A DNA stretch of 64,000 nt from NCBI GenBank assembly GCA_964016885.1, contig OZ024740.1, positions 295,182,001 through 295,246,000 on the forward strand, read 5' to 3'. Numbering within the stretch: position 1 is the stretch's first letter; every line of letters begins with the position of its first letter. Made by a program: the position numbers and the translations under genes. This DNA comes from Eledone cirrhosa. Its lineage: Eukaryota. Below the pieces are notes generated by a model, which saw only the letters and a list, made by a program, of their open reading frames with translations, was not told the origin of the DNA and ran no database searches. Shown piece after piece: positions 1 through 13,043 of the stretch.

Positions 1-37
1 AGTTCTAGTCCTGTAGAATCTCATCTATATTAAAACT
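1..37 (+). repeat. 3' part of a hammerhead-bearing repeat (same family as 23428-23494), cut by the window edge
   Basis: agttctagtcctgtagaatctcatctatattaaaact is identical to 23458-23494, which covers stem III, the GTA cleavage triplet and the 3' arm of stem I. Confidence 0.75.
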
Positions 38-639
38 AATATATATATATATGTTATGAAATACTGTTAGCTTCTCGCTAAAACAATTTCTATACCTTTC
101 ATTTATATATATATATAGTTGTTATATAGTAAGGTGCATTATTGGTTGTGTAAAATGGTCCAATAACTTTATGTTAGCAATGCTTTTGTATATCTCCAAT
201 TCCATTCAAGGGAACAGCTAGATGATGTAAAACGGAGTATAAGTATCTATATATATATGATGATGACTGCAACTCGATTTCGTGTAATGCCATCGCTTGA
301 TACTTAAGCATGAACATGGTTTTTTAGTTCCCCAAGCGACTTGCCTATGGTCGGCAATACCGTGCATCGCAATAAATGTCACAAATTAAGCAATGCCTGT
401 GCTTGAAGCTTTTTTAAGTGAGAAAAGGCTTTGCACGGAGCCAATCACACTCTCTGAAAATCGAATGCATTTGCCTAAAAAGAAGAACTGGTCTACATCA
501 TTGGACGCAAACGAAGTCGTAGGTTTTATATCAGAGTGACCTTCTCCTAAAGAGATGTCTCTCGCTTCACAAAAATATATATACATGTGTGTGTATATAT
601 ATATATATGTAGTAAAAAATTGAACGGGAACAAAACAGA

Positions 640-2430
640 GAGGCAGTACGATCAAAGGTTTATTAGTTTCACGCTCTTGAGAGTGGGGTGGTGGTGGGGA
701 ATGACGTTTCGAGCATAAGCCCTTCTTCAGGTGAAAAGTGTGTGGGAAGAGAGTTCCAAGGGTGTGTAGGGGAGTGGTGGAGAGATATATAGAAAAAAAA
801 AGGGGGGGGGGAGTGGAAACGGTACAAATGAAATTAAATATAAAAGCATAATAAAAATAAAAATAAACATGAAGTAAAACAGGTGGTGGAAGGGTGTGGG
901 CGTGTAGGGGTGGTGGCTGGTGGAAGGGGGAGAGGGAGGCGGGGTGTCCGAGCGGGGAGGGCTGAAGGTGGTGTGTGTGTGTAAGTGTACGTGTGTGTGT
1001 GTGTGTATGTGAAAGTAAGAGTTGGGTGAAGAACGGGGTGCATGTTCAGGAAAAGGTGTGTGTGGGGTGGGGTGTAGCTCGGTGTGTGTGTGCGTGTGTG
1101 GATGGGGAGGGGTCAGAGGGGTGGGGGGAGAGGATTCCGGAGGCTGAGTGTGTAAATATGTGGTGGTACGCACGTGAGTGTGGTGTTTATGCGTGTTGTG
1201 GATGTAGGTGGCGTGTGGGAAAAAAATGTTTTAGAGTGTATGTCAGTGGGTGAGTCCTTAAGGTAGTTCCGTAGAGGATGTGGTGGGATGCTGGGTAATA
1301 TCCTTGGGATGTGGTTGATTCTAGGGATCGATGTCCAATATGTGTAATCCGTGGTTGGGTTGGTCGGAAGAGGGGAGGTGTGGGGGTGCGCGCGCAACAG
1401 GAAGTGGTCAGAGGGTCAAGGCAGGAGGAGGGTTGTGTGTCTGTGTGTGCGGGGAGGTGGTCAGAGATAAGGGCATAGCAGCAGTCGGGGAGAATGGTAA
1501 GTGAAGAAAGTCGGTGTGTCAGTGTGTGCGGAGGTGCGGTGGACAGGGGAGAGGATGGGTAGGTGTGAAAGTTGGAGTGAGGAGGGTGTGTGTGTGTATT
1601 AGTAGAGGTGTTAGTGGGATGTGTGTGTGTGTGAGAAAGGGTGTGGGTGGAGCGGGGAGAGAAGGGTGTGGGGGCCGGTGGAGGGAGTGTAGTGTACTGG
1701 TGTGTATGTGCGTGTTTGGATGTGTGTGTGGTGAAGGGGGTGTTAGTGGGTGTTAGTATACTGGTGGTGGGGAAAGGGTTGAATGCGGGTGTGAGTGGGG
1801 TCAGTGGTGGTAGGGTGTGTAGAGTGGGTGGTGTAAGTGTGTGTGTGTGTTCGTGTGAGTAGGGTTGGGGGGTGTTAGTGATGTTAGTTGCGTGTAAAGT
1901 GGGTGGTGTAAGTGGGTGTGTGTGTTCGTGTGCGTGGGGTCGGGGGGTGTTAGTGATGTTAGTTGCGGGGTGGTGGGGTGGATGTGTGGGGGTGAGGGTT
2001 AGTGGTGGTAGTAGGGTGTGTGTTTAGTGTGAGCGCGTGTATATATGTACCGGTGGGTGTGTGCGTGTGATAAGGGGAGGGGGAGAAGAAGGGAGGGATG
2101 TTAGTATGTTAGTTGGGGAAGGGTGGTCGGGTGTAGGGTGGAGGTGTTAGTATTGTTAGTTGTGGGGTGGGCGGTGAAAAGGAGGGGTGTGTTAGTGGTG
2201 TTAGTGGGTGATATGTGTGGGGGGAGTGGGGCGGTCGAAGGCTAAATGAATAAGGGTGGGGTGTTCAGGCCAGGGGGAGTGTGGGTCTGTAGGTTGAAGA
2301 TGGTTCGTTGTTCGACCCTGAGGAGAGTGGCGGGTGTTCCGTGGCATTGGAGTAGCCCACAGACTGTGAGGTGGTGCGCGGAATGTCCAGGGGCACCAAA
2401 GTGGCGGGCGATGGGGGAACTACCATCGAG
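640..2430 (-). mobile_element. 5'-truncated GC-rich Penelope-like element (end of GIY-YIG coding region, long C/A-rich 3' UTR, terminal hammerhead and AATAAA)
   Basis: About 1200-2425 aligns by eye with about 13500-14706. The minus-strand frame near 2290-2420 encodes the GIY-YIG C-terminus seen in the other copy. Hammerhead core at 703-730; AATAAA (plus tttatt) at 659-664; 5' end abuts (TA)n. Confidence 0.8.
703..737 (-). ncRNA. minimal type I hammerhead ribozyme motif (PLE type)
   Basis: Minus strand: ttttcac CTGAAGA a gggc ttat gctc GAAA cg TC. Core boxes, stem II and a palindromic ACGT stem III are present. A local stem I is not obvious; tttcac could pair with gtgaaa about 30 nt downstream. 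Confidence 0.65.
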
Positions 2431-2513
2431 GTAGGATATATATATATATATATATATTTACGCACACACACACACACACACAAATATATATATATATATA
2501 TACACACACACAA

Positions 2514-2548
<35 letters not shown>

Positions 2549-2549
2549 A

Positions 2550-2580
<31 letters not shown>

Positions 2581-2939
2581 TATGTCTATATATATATACT
2601 GTTCTAAGAGCGAAGGGACCTACCTTTCTGTCTCCACACATGTACAGACTGAATCTCACTGTGCGATATTCACCTGTTTCATGTCTGGTCAGAGAACATA
2701 TCAGCCATGAAAAATGACGTCCGCAAACAATGCTGCTTATAGACCGACAGATGAGGAGGCAGCCCGCATTCTGATGTGACGTCACTGGCCCCTCGCTTCC
2801 GGCAAGACCTCTCCTGCACTTCTGGCACCCTAGCCCCACCCCATCCTAATCTCAAGGATCAATCACCCAATCATCTCACTCCACTTCAAAGTCCGTCATT
2901 CACTTGTTCTTCTCTGAAGTCCATCAAATCAATGATTCT

Positions 2940-5660
2940 GCGGACATCCAAGACGTGACGTGGCATTCTGTTCACAGACACGTTGTTTCGGGAATTTATA
3001 GCCATTTCTGTTCCCTTTCCCCCAATGAGATGTGCAGCGGGGATTTGGGGGCTTGACCCAGACTTCTTCTCTCACTTATAAGAATGCATTCTCTTTCTTC
3101 CACAGGTCATTGTAATAAAGTGAACTGATGTCACCATTCAACCTCTGGGTCTTTCAGCCATGCTTCCTTCACCCTGGTTAGGATGTCCGCCTTATATTTC
3201 TCTGAGGGTACAAAGACCACACTCAACTTCAGGCTGAACTCAGCTGCTAGCTCTCCTAGAGTTCGCAGGGGGAATTTTATTAGCATTTCTACCGCCCCTC
3301 TCGTTCGCACCCTCCTCTCACTGATAAGAACTGATCCCACCCATCCGAGTACAGTGACCGAATCACTCCGCATCCCTATGGTGCACAGCCCCCATCCCAG
3401 GGCGAGATTCACTCTCTTCAGCACGGCGTTTAATTCGGTCATGTTCATGTGGTTACAGTTCTCCTTTTCTTGAGCCAGGCTGCGTCCTTGTCCTCGACAC
3501 CCCTATTTCCAGAGCGGCCCCTAGCGCTATGCTGCTGGCATCACACCATATGGTCCCGTTCTCTGATTTGGGTACGTACCAGCTTCCCCTTACTGGGTCC
3601 TTCACCTTTACTCTCTCCATGATCTATATCATGGCCACTATTCTCTCCCTCCACCCTGTCTCCCCAGCTCACCCCGTCTGCTCGTCTCTTTACATAGATA
3701 CATGCTGTTCGGAGCCACCCCGTAATTGGATAGTGGCCCACCAATATCGCACACATTGAGAAAAGTTCTCGTCTGTCCATGCCGGTGCCCAGTTCTGAGA
3801 CTTCATTTCCTCTCCTAAATACCAATGTGCACGTCTCGTCCCTTCGCAGCCTTAGTCACAGTGCAGCTGCTCGTTCCATTGCCTCTGGCGGTTTCGCGGT
3901 TAACCCAAACATTTGTAGGTGGCTTGAGACATGTACTGCCGGTACCATCGTCTCGTCTACCAATATATCGTCGATGTATGAATTGATGGCCCTCTTCACC
4001 TTGTCGAGCTCCCCCAAAATGTTCTTGAGGACCGTCGCCATGACGAATTCAACACGGACCCTAGCCTGGTCAGACAGTATGTCGGGCCCTTATACCTAAC
4101 CCGCTGATACTTCCACAGTTCCTCAGCTATGTGTAGCTGCAGATAAGCTGACTTTAAGTCAACAATCGTTGGGGCCTCCATCATTTGTCTCCACTCTCAC
4201 AAGGTTTTTCACAGACATGTGTGACCTCGCCGCCTGCATGGCACGACTCATGTTCATTCAGTTCACAAAAGTCCAGCACCAGTCTGACCTTGTTCTTTGT
4301 TGGTTGCACTACTGCCATTAACAGCAACACTCAGCTCTTTATCCTCTTCCTCCAAGGGAAGAGGATAAAGAGCTGAGTGTTTTTTTTTCCCTCTTGATCC
4401 ATCTTTGCACCTCTCCTTCGAAATCGCTTCTAGCATCACCTTTCAGGGTATGCTGATAGCAGCTCTCTCTGTTCTCCAACGCCAGGGGCTCTCCTTTCCA
4501 GTACCACCACTATCCACCGCTGACCATCGAACGCAGCCCTGAAATCCTTGTCTTGTATGGTATGAACAGCACATTTTTCTTCATGGCTCTCCATGTTCCT
4601 CTGGTGCACACTCACGGTGCATGGCGTTCCCGCGCTATTAACTGTTACCCCGTTCTCACTCATTGTAACGCTTCCTAAGCAGCCAATCGCATTAACACCC
4701 ATTACCACATCAATTCCATCCGCCATGTTGTCGATCACGATCAACCACAGCCTTATTTTCGTTCCTCGTACCACAATCTTCACCTCACTGCTACATCTGC
4801 ATGTAATATCCCTGCCATCGACTGCCCTTACACTACTCACCACTCATCCCGCTCCACTTTCTAACCACTTGCGGGGTCACTAAGGTTGTTGTACAGCTCA
4901 TGTCCACAAGGGCTCGTGACAGCTTCTCCCATACACCAGAAGCTACACTATGGGCAGCGAGAGCTAGAACACCTCTACTCGCTTCCGGGTGTTGGGGTAA
5001 CTACCGGCGCAGTAACTCCACTTTGACCGTTTCCCTGGCTTCAATTGATGGCAATGTGACCAGCACACTTACATCAGTAGTAGATTATTTCAAGCTTTGG
5101 CTCCTTGCAGTCCCTTGTCATATGTGGACCCTGACACCTGAAGCACTGGCCTTTGAATGTCTGCGGCCGAGCGTTCACGGGGGCTCTTCTCCCTTCGCCG
5201 TTCGTCGATCGTTGTCGACTGCTATGGGCTTCCGTCGCTGCTAACACCGCAACATTCCGCTCAACGCCTCTTATCACTACGTGGGCCAGTGTGTTTAGCT
5301 TGCTCATGGTCATTTTGTTGTTGATGGAACCTCACCGAAATTTCATCGGGGAAACTGCGTATGAACACCATCCGCACGGGCCTTTCTAGATTCTCTCCTG
5401 TGAATTCGTCTAGTGTAGCCAACCTCCGGGTTTCCGTCGAGAACTCGTCCATCTGCTCTCTTGTCCGCCTCACTTTGCCTAGCTTAGCGAAAGCAGCATA
5501 AGATTCCTCAATGAATGCTTCCTTAAGATGCTGCACTATCTTCTCCACGTTCGATTGATTTGCCTGATCCCTTTCGAGATATAACGATAGCGCGTTGCCA
5601 GCCACATTTCGATGTCTTGCAGTGTAGCAACCAATCTTTCCAAATCCAGGCGATAACATC
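2940..5660 (-). mobile_element. degenerate LTR retrotransposon internal region, Ty3/Gypsy domain order (gag-PR-RT-RNaseH-integrase tail), frameshifted, integrase core deleted
   Basis: Zn-knuckle CFRCQGPHMTRDC (ORF 5074-5313), protease-like ALVDMSCTTT (about 4880-4915), RT IVDLKSAYLQL and YIDD (3856-4184), RNase H-like NMTELNAV...VPSEKYKADILTR (3131-3448), integrase-tail-like NNVSVNRMPRHVLDVR (about 2940-3000). Confidence 0.8.
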
Positions 5661-7591
5661 CCACTTATACTAACATCCTACCTATACTTATCTTCTTCGC
5701 AATATCGTCTGCCAGGTGGGATATAGTAATTTAAAAAAAAAAATATCGCTGCCAAAATTGCTTGTAGTAGAAGCATTTTTATTATTCACAGTTGTATAAA
5801 TAACATTGCACATCGTTTATAATTATTACAGAATGAAAATATAAACACATTTAACAAATACTGATAAGAACCTCACAAATAAAATATATGAATTCACCAC
5901 CAAGTGTGACAATTGAGGTCACACCACATCACAAAGGTCAAAGAAAACTTTTGAAGCAAGCCAACACGCTGGCAGCATTACTGCGGGTGATGGGGAGACT
6001 AAGACACGGAAACAACCAAGCACGCTTACCAGAAGCATCGCCTGACACATTGGTAAGGCGAGCCGTCAACGATGACAAGAACTTCGCTGTCAGCGGCCCA
6101 GCTCCACTAACTGTCACAAACGCTACAGGCTAGAAAAAATAGTTATTTAATAATTCCCGGTATTTTAGGATTTTCTTCCGGTCGGTAACGGACGCATTGA
6201 CCCTCATATTTACTGCGGTATCCATGATATGGGAGAGATTAAAAGTCACTGGCTGTGACGTCCCAGATGAGACATTTACCTCTTACCCAGGGACAAAGGG
6301 TAAGACCGTCTGGTCTCTTCCCATCACTTCTGGATAATGCAGCTGGCTCCAGAATTGAAGGGATATTTACCCGAGCTGTGTATATATTTATTTACCGCAC
6401 CACATGTTATATACATACTCAACACAATTGAATCTCACTTTAATATCCGCCCCTGACACACATTAAACACACCATCTAGTCATTCTTATGAATTGTAAGG
6501 ACCTTTTCTATTTTTTTTACCAAAATAAAGCTACTTAAAGTCATTTTTCAATGAGAAAAATGTAGAAAATTAAAGTTATTTTGTTTTTTAGTGCATATAC
6601 TGAAAGTTTTTCTCAATTTCAGACATAAGATATCTAAATGTAGCATTTAAAAGTAGAATTAATGTTTAAAAATAGCTTAAATATCAATAAGTAACTTTAA
6701 AACTAGGAAACAACGCTCTCTACGGGATCAGTTGATCTGCTAGAAATAACAGCCAAATCTTCCTTGGGTTTTATAACTATATTATCTAATGGACATTAGA
6801 TAATGTAATTATATATTTGCAGGATAAGAAACCGGATGCTAAGTATATATCTGATGAAATATATATATTAAAATATGTTTGTATCGGGTTAAATTTTACT
6901 GCATCATATTTAAATGTATAAATATTTGGACAACTATCGGGAAGCTTAGCAACATGTATCTTATCTATATAAATAGCAGTAATATTGTGAAATCAGTCAT
7001 AGAAATATAGAAATAGTTCAATATTAACTACAGTGCCGAAGAAATCAGTATAGTACAATTTTAGTTACATAAGATAAATTTTACGAGCCAAGGGGGACAA
7101 GTATTGCAGCATACCAAAGAAGACCAGCAGCAGTTCTTTCCCTTAGACTGTTTAAACTGTAAGACACATCGACAGCCATCACGGGATATAAATATTTGGT
7201 AGTTAATGGCCGGGAATGATGGTGATAATGATACCAAGATATAGAGAAGTGTTATCATAACATTATTCTTATTAATCTAAAACAAATATGGAATATCTAA
7301 CTCTCTGCTAGTTCCCAGTCTTTATTTGGTAGGTCCAACAAAATAAATGAATAAAACCTGGCCAAGAAACACCAACGTATTCGTCCTAAACCCATTCACG
7401 ACTGTATAATAAAACAATGCTAATGAAAAATGAAGGAGAAAGGATAAAATGAAATAATAATTTGGTATAATTTCTATAAACATTCGATGTTTTCTCAGCA
7501 GACTATATAACAATGACATCAGTATGTGTGTGTGTGTGTTCCTTCAACACATCTTATTCTATCTTGCTCTCTCGACATTGAATCAAAACAC

Positions 7592-7732
<141 letters not shown>

Positions 7733-7844
7733 GAGGTTATATTTAATTTGTTGGGATTCAACAAGCTTAAACATTTTTATAACTGATATAAAGCACTCAA
7801 CAGTTTATATTAATAAATGGAAACTATATTTATAAAACCATATT

Positions 7845-7910
7845 TATTATATTATACATATTTCAAGGGCCACCAAGGCAAATTAAGGTGCGCTTTCATC
7901 AGATAAAATA
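7845..7910 (-). ncRNA. type I hammerhead motif in inverted pseudo-LTR
   Basis: Minus strand: tattttat CTGATGA aagcgcacc...ggtggccctt GAAA tatgta TA atataata. Confidence 0.75.
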
Positions 7911-7954
7911 CAGATTTGTTTTATAAATAAATATTGACATACCCGGAAAAAAAT

Positions 7955-9625
7955 TAGGCACCGAAAATAGGACTTAACCCTTCATACCTAGGAAACCAAA
8001 AATTAATATGAAGGACCATAAAATAAATTTTGAAATTGAATTACCAGTTAGATTAATTGCACCATCTAAATCGGACCTTGGCATTCTTAGCAAGAATATT
8101 TTAGACAGAATCATACTTAAGGAAATTCTTATTTAAAATTATGGAATGGGGCTAATGAAGTTATCGACTGGTTTAAGGACATTAAATATAAGCATAACAA
8201 TAAATTTATTCAATTGGATATTACTAATTATTACTCATCTATCACTCCTAATCTACTTAATATGCATTTAAATATACAGATTTAACTAGTAAAGGAATGC
8301 ACATTATCTTAACTGCACGTAAAACATTAATTAAATTTAGCAACCACCTTTGGACTAGAGCAGACGGAGATAATAATTTTGATATCACTATGGGATCATC
8401 GGACTCGGCGCAATTAACGGATCTTGTGGGATTTTTATTAACAATACTTTACATAGAAAAATACCAGAGATGACCGGTGGTTTATATCGTGACGATATGC
8501 TATTACTTATTGAAAATAATAATAATTGTGAAATAAATAGGAAAAGAAAAGAAATTATACAACTTTTTAATTGCCTTAATCTTAAAGTAGAAGTAGAGAA
8601 TAATTATAAAATAGTTGATTTTTTAGATGTAACTTTAAACCTTAACACTGGTCTTTATTATCCATTTCATAAAATAAATGAGAATTTAAACTATGTTAAC
8701 TTTAATTCCAATCACCCCAGATCCGTTAAAAACACTATTGTAAATTCTGTGCAGCAACGTATTTCTAGAATTTCAGCTAATAAAAATATGTTTGAAGATA
8801 AGGCACAATATTATTACGAAGCGTTAGTTAGGGCAGGCTATAGTAATAAAATTAAATACATTGATAATAAGGATGTGCCAATTAACCATAACTATAAATA
8901 TTAATAATAGAAAACCTTACACTAACTCGAAAACCAAAAGAAAAAATAGAACTAGAAATATATTATGGTTCGCTCCCCTTTCTCATTAAGTATTAACACT
9001 CCTATTGCTAAATTATTCTTTAAAGCTCTAGATATGTGTTTTCCTAGAACACACAGGTATTACTCAATATTTAATAGACATACTATTAAACTCTCATATT
9101 CCACCACTATGAATTTAGCGCAGAATATTAATAGAATTAATAATAGAAACTTAAAACCGAAACCAGAATAGCATTAATACCCCTAGCAACATCCAATATA
9201 ATGTTACGGCTCCCAATAATATAATTTAGATAAATGTAATTGTAGAAATAAATCCAACTGTCCTCTAAATAATAATTGTCAAAACAAATGTAAACTCCTT
9301 TAATTATGTAGGCTCTACCTCCACAGACTTCAAATCTCGTTTTAATAACCATAAATGTTCTTTTACGAATATTGGTAAAAAATCTTCAACTTCTCTATCT
9401 AATTTACTATGGGACTTGAAATCCAAGAACATTAACTATTCTTTACTTTGGAAAATTATTTCCAAAGCTCCTTCATACACTGCTTTATCCCAGAATTGTT
9501 CCCTTTGTGTCGAAGAAATATTCTTTATACTAAAAAGTAAGAACTCTATTAATTTGCGGAATAATTTATTCAGTTCCTGCAAACATCGTTTAAATTCAAC
9601 TTTTAAATATATATATAAAATGTAA
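7955..9625 (+). pseudogene. disrupted PLE reverse transcriptase + GIY-YIG endonuclease
   Basis: QLDITNYYSSI (about 8210), FDITMGSSDSAQLTDLVG (about 8380), GGLYRDD, FLDV, YVNFNSNHP (ORF 8470-8904), CNCRNKSNCPLNNNC (about 9235), YVGSTSTDFKSRFNNH (about 9305), CSLC (ORF 9416-9625); several frameshifts. Confidence 0.9.
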
Positions 9626-10961
9626 TATACGATTTATCTCTTTTACATAATGTCTTCTATATCTATATATGATTCATATACTTAATTTAGTTTCTATTAT
9701 CTCTACTTCACATATATATTATTACACCTATCGATAGATTATAAAATTCCTTTATATGACTGCTTGAAACTCCTTTAAGGAACATTTTTTCTTGAAAAAC
9801 TTACGGAAGGGTTTAAGAAAATCTTTTGAAAATTCCTTTGAAAGATATAGAAACACCATTATTTTTATACCTTCCAATATTTTTATATTGTTATATATTT
9901 TTTAATATTCTTATATTTTCAAACGTTTTTAATATATATATATCCAAATGTTTATATATACGTGGAAAAACATATGATTTTTTATATATATGTGGAGTAA
10001 CCTTTGGTTTATGCTTTAAATATATTCTTAAGATAAATTTTTAAAAATGTTTTAACTTTATAGCAAGTAAATTTATGACTTCGTATAAAATAACATATGG
10101 TTCATGTTTTAATTATATTCTTAAGATAGAAAATTTAACTTCTTAACTTTATAGCATTTAATCCTTAGAGTCATCTGAGTTCTTTAAAAAAATCACTTCT
10201 TAAAAAAATCATTTAAAAAAATCACTTATAACTTCCTTTACGCTTCCTTACTGTTTTTATAGTATAACTAAGTGATTATTCTTTTGTAAACTCTCGAAAA
10301 TTTTCCATAACTTTAGAATTATTTGGATGTTTAAAATTTTTGATTTACAACTTTTAATAAAATAAACTATACTAGATTTGCTCTAATGTAAAATAATATA
10401 TATTTATTTAAATAATCTATAATCCTTAACATACACATTATTAAATTTTAATTTTAAATTTTAATCTAATTTTTCAACCTATCATTATATATATTATAAT
10501 CAAAACATAATTAATCCTGCATTATAAATATTATTCTTCCACGCTATTCTCATTTCTTCTTTTCTTCATTTCTTCCCTCACGTAAATATACTTATGCTGT
10601 ATTTATCCTTTGAAACTCTTTTCTTCTCTCACTTAAATATACTTACGCTCTTCTCTTCATGCACGCTATTTTCACTGTCAAAATATATATAATCGTTCTT
10701 TCTTTCCTCTCCTATCTTTCTTATTTCTTTATTCTTTTTTTATTTTTTATTTTTTCTCTCTCCCTCACACATCACCTTCTTCCAACAGTTTAATTTAAAT
10801 AAACCGTTATCTTTTCAACCTTTCGGACACTCATTTGCATACTCAATCATAATTTTCTATCACCCTCAATAAATGTAATATCTCCACTATCCAGGAAGCT
10901 CCAACCGTTAAGGTTGTCTTTTTTTCCGGGTATGTCAATATTTATTTATAAAACAAATCTA

Positions 10962-11027
10962 TATTTTATCTGATGAAAGCGCACCATAATTTGCTTTGGT
11001 GGCCATTGAAATATGTATAATAAAATA
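10962..11027 (+). ncRNA. type I hammerhead motif in 3' pseudo-LTR
   Basis: tattttat CTGATGA aagcgcacca...tggtggccatt GAAA tatgta TA ataaaata; 8-bp stem I, minimal stem III. Confidence 0.8.
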
Positions 11028-11065
11028 AATATGGTTTTATAAATATAGTTTCCATTTATTAATAT

Positions 11066-11134
<69 letters not shown>

Positions 11135-11678
11135 TTCAAGAGTAACCAATCTTAAAGAGAGAGATGGAGATAGTAGAGGAGATATGAGAGGAGAGATTGG
11201 TGAGTTAGTTAGAAGCCAAAGCGTAAAGGCTTGTGCTCAATGTGCAATATGCAGTAGAAAGCAGCTAGGTGGCTGGGTTCATGCAGAAGTTAGGTGCGCA
11301 GAACTGGAAATATTCATTAGTTAAGCAAAATTGATTATGGCTGACAACTGATGCAACCAAGACACCATAGTAAAAACCAATATATGGTACACTATATTAT
11401 GTAATATTATCCCATTATTTTAATTTATATTCCTTTGAAGTTCCGATGTTAATTATTTTCAACTGAACCAGATCAATTATGATATATAAGCATCTGATCC
11501 AGAAATATTATATGGAGTAGCGAAACAATTGTAAACGGACATTATTATTATTAATATTATTATTATTATTCTCTACATTCCTTACATCAAACTAAAATAT
11601 GTTGACAATCTTTTAATAATGTCTTCCTTGTGAAGTTTGTGGCCTTGTTTTGCTAACTAATGAATATCCATATATATA

Positions 11679-11891
<213 letters not shown>

Positions 11892-12053
11892 TTATTAAAA
11901 TAACAGATTAAAGTTTAAGCAAAGAATCGCTGCTTTCACCCTTAACGGGATCTTCTGAAACTAAAAAAATATTTGATATATATTTATCCTTATCGAGCCC
12001 TCTTTGGATTTTAGTCTTCAAATTTATTATTATTACTATATATTATTAATATA

Positions 12054-12142
<89 letters not shown>

Positions 12143-12337
12143 TTTCTGATTTTGTTTAGCAAGATTCTTTATCTGAAGACGTGTGTTGAAACCGATATTG
12201 TTATGCTTTGGGAGGGTCATGTTGCCAATAAGAAACACACGCACTAGTTGCTTTCACTCAAATTTATTATAAATTAAAGAATTTATAAATTTCCGGTTGG
12301 TTGGTTGGTGCCACAACCGGACGGTTGTTCATATATT

Positions 12338-12380
12338 GTCAAAGTTCTTTCGTCACACATTCTGTGATCTCTTCAGTGAC
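12338..12380 (-). ncRNA. minimal hammerhead motif (left arm)
   Basis: Minus strand: gtca CTGAAGA g atcaca gaatg tgtgac GAAA gaac TT tgac. Confidence 0.7.
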
Positions 12381-12516
12381 TGGGATTCTTTTCTTTGTTT
12401 TTGTGCCTCTCCTTTGTTCTGTCCTACGCCATCTTGTTTTTCCACTATATATAGAAAAACCAGATGGCGTAGGAGAGAACAAAAGAGAGGCATAAAAAAA
12501 AAGAAAAGAATCCTCA

Positions 12517-12559
12517 GTCACTGAAGAGGTCACAGAATGTGTGACGAAAGAAATTTGAC
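12517..12559 (+). ncRNA. minimal hammerhead motif (right arm)
   Basis: gtca CTGAAGA g gtcaca gaatg tgtgac GAAA gaaa TT tgac; 4-bp stem I, 6-bp stem II. Confidence 0.7.
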
Positions 12560-12963
12560 AATATATGAACAACCGTCCGGTTGTGGAACCAACCAACCAA
12601 CCGGAAATTTATAAATTCTTAAATTTATAAATTTAATTTATAATAAATTGGAGAGAAAGCAACTGGTGCGTGTGTTTCTTATTGGCAACATGACCCTCCC
12701 AAAGCATAACAATATATATATATATATATATATATGCCTACTGGAATATCTATATCATTTATCTGAATTCTCCTTAATGTTGAGAAAAAAAATGTTGTAT
12801 CATGCTGCTATTTCTAATAACATGAAATATCAACGAGTTTATTATTCCCGCTTTTTCTAACGGCCCATTTGTGTGGTGGTCATTTTAACGGCTTGATTCT
12901 TTCACCGGGCAGAAAGCGACACATCCACATCTACGTGGATCTATATCTAGTAGGTTTGGAAAA

Positions 12964-13043
12964 GCTATCTGAAGAGCTATATCTTTCCATTGGAAATTCT
13001 TTGAATTTCCAATCTTTTGATTAGCGAAACAGTCGGTCATGGC
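12964..13043 (+). ncRNA. candidate type I hammerhead with long stem II
   Basis: gctat CTGAAGA gcta...attggaaattc ttt gaatttccaat...tagc GAAA cagtcgg TC atggc; stem I 5 bp (one G-U), stem II 4+11 bp, weak stem III. Confidence 0.6.

Larger units (their letters stand above)
7806..11068 (+). mobile_element. AT-rich Penelope-like element, 5'-truncated, with inverted partial pseudo-LTR at the 5' end
   Basis: About 7806-7952 is the reverse complement of about 10919-11066; both carry a hammerhead. RT and GIY-YIG remnants lie between. The 3' end runs into (TA)n. Confidence 0.9.
12195..12715. mobile_element. ORF-less fold-back element (about 250-bp inverted arms), one hammerhead per arm
   Basis: atattgttatgctttgggagggtcatg... 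is mirrored by ...catgaccctcccaaagcataacaatat; centre near 12447. Single-arm relatives at about 18910-19080 and 20571-20705. Confidence 0.9.

Noticed and set aside
5888-6133. 81-aa ORF and possible LTR of the neighbouring retrotransposon
   Set aside because: No recognisable motif and no matching second LTR found by eye.
6845-6890. CTGATGA followed by an AT hairpin
   Set aside because: GAAA box missing; low-complexity context makes chance likely.
11920-11962. Minus-strand hammerhead-like CAGAAGA tccc gttaa gggt GAAA gcagc
   Set aside because: Core U4 and the UH cleavage site are mutated and there is no stem I; at best a decayed relic.
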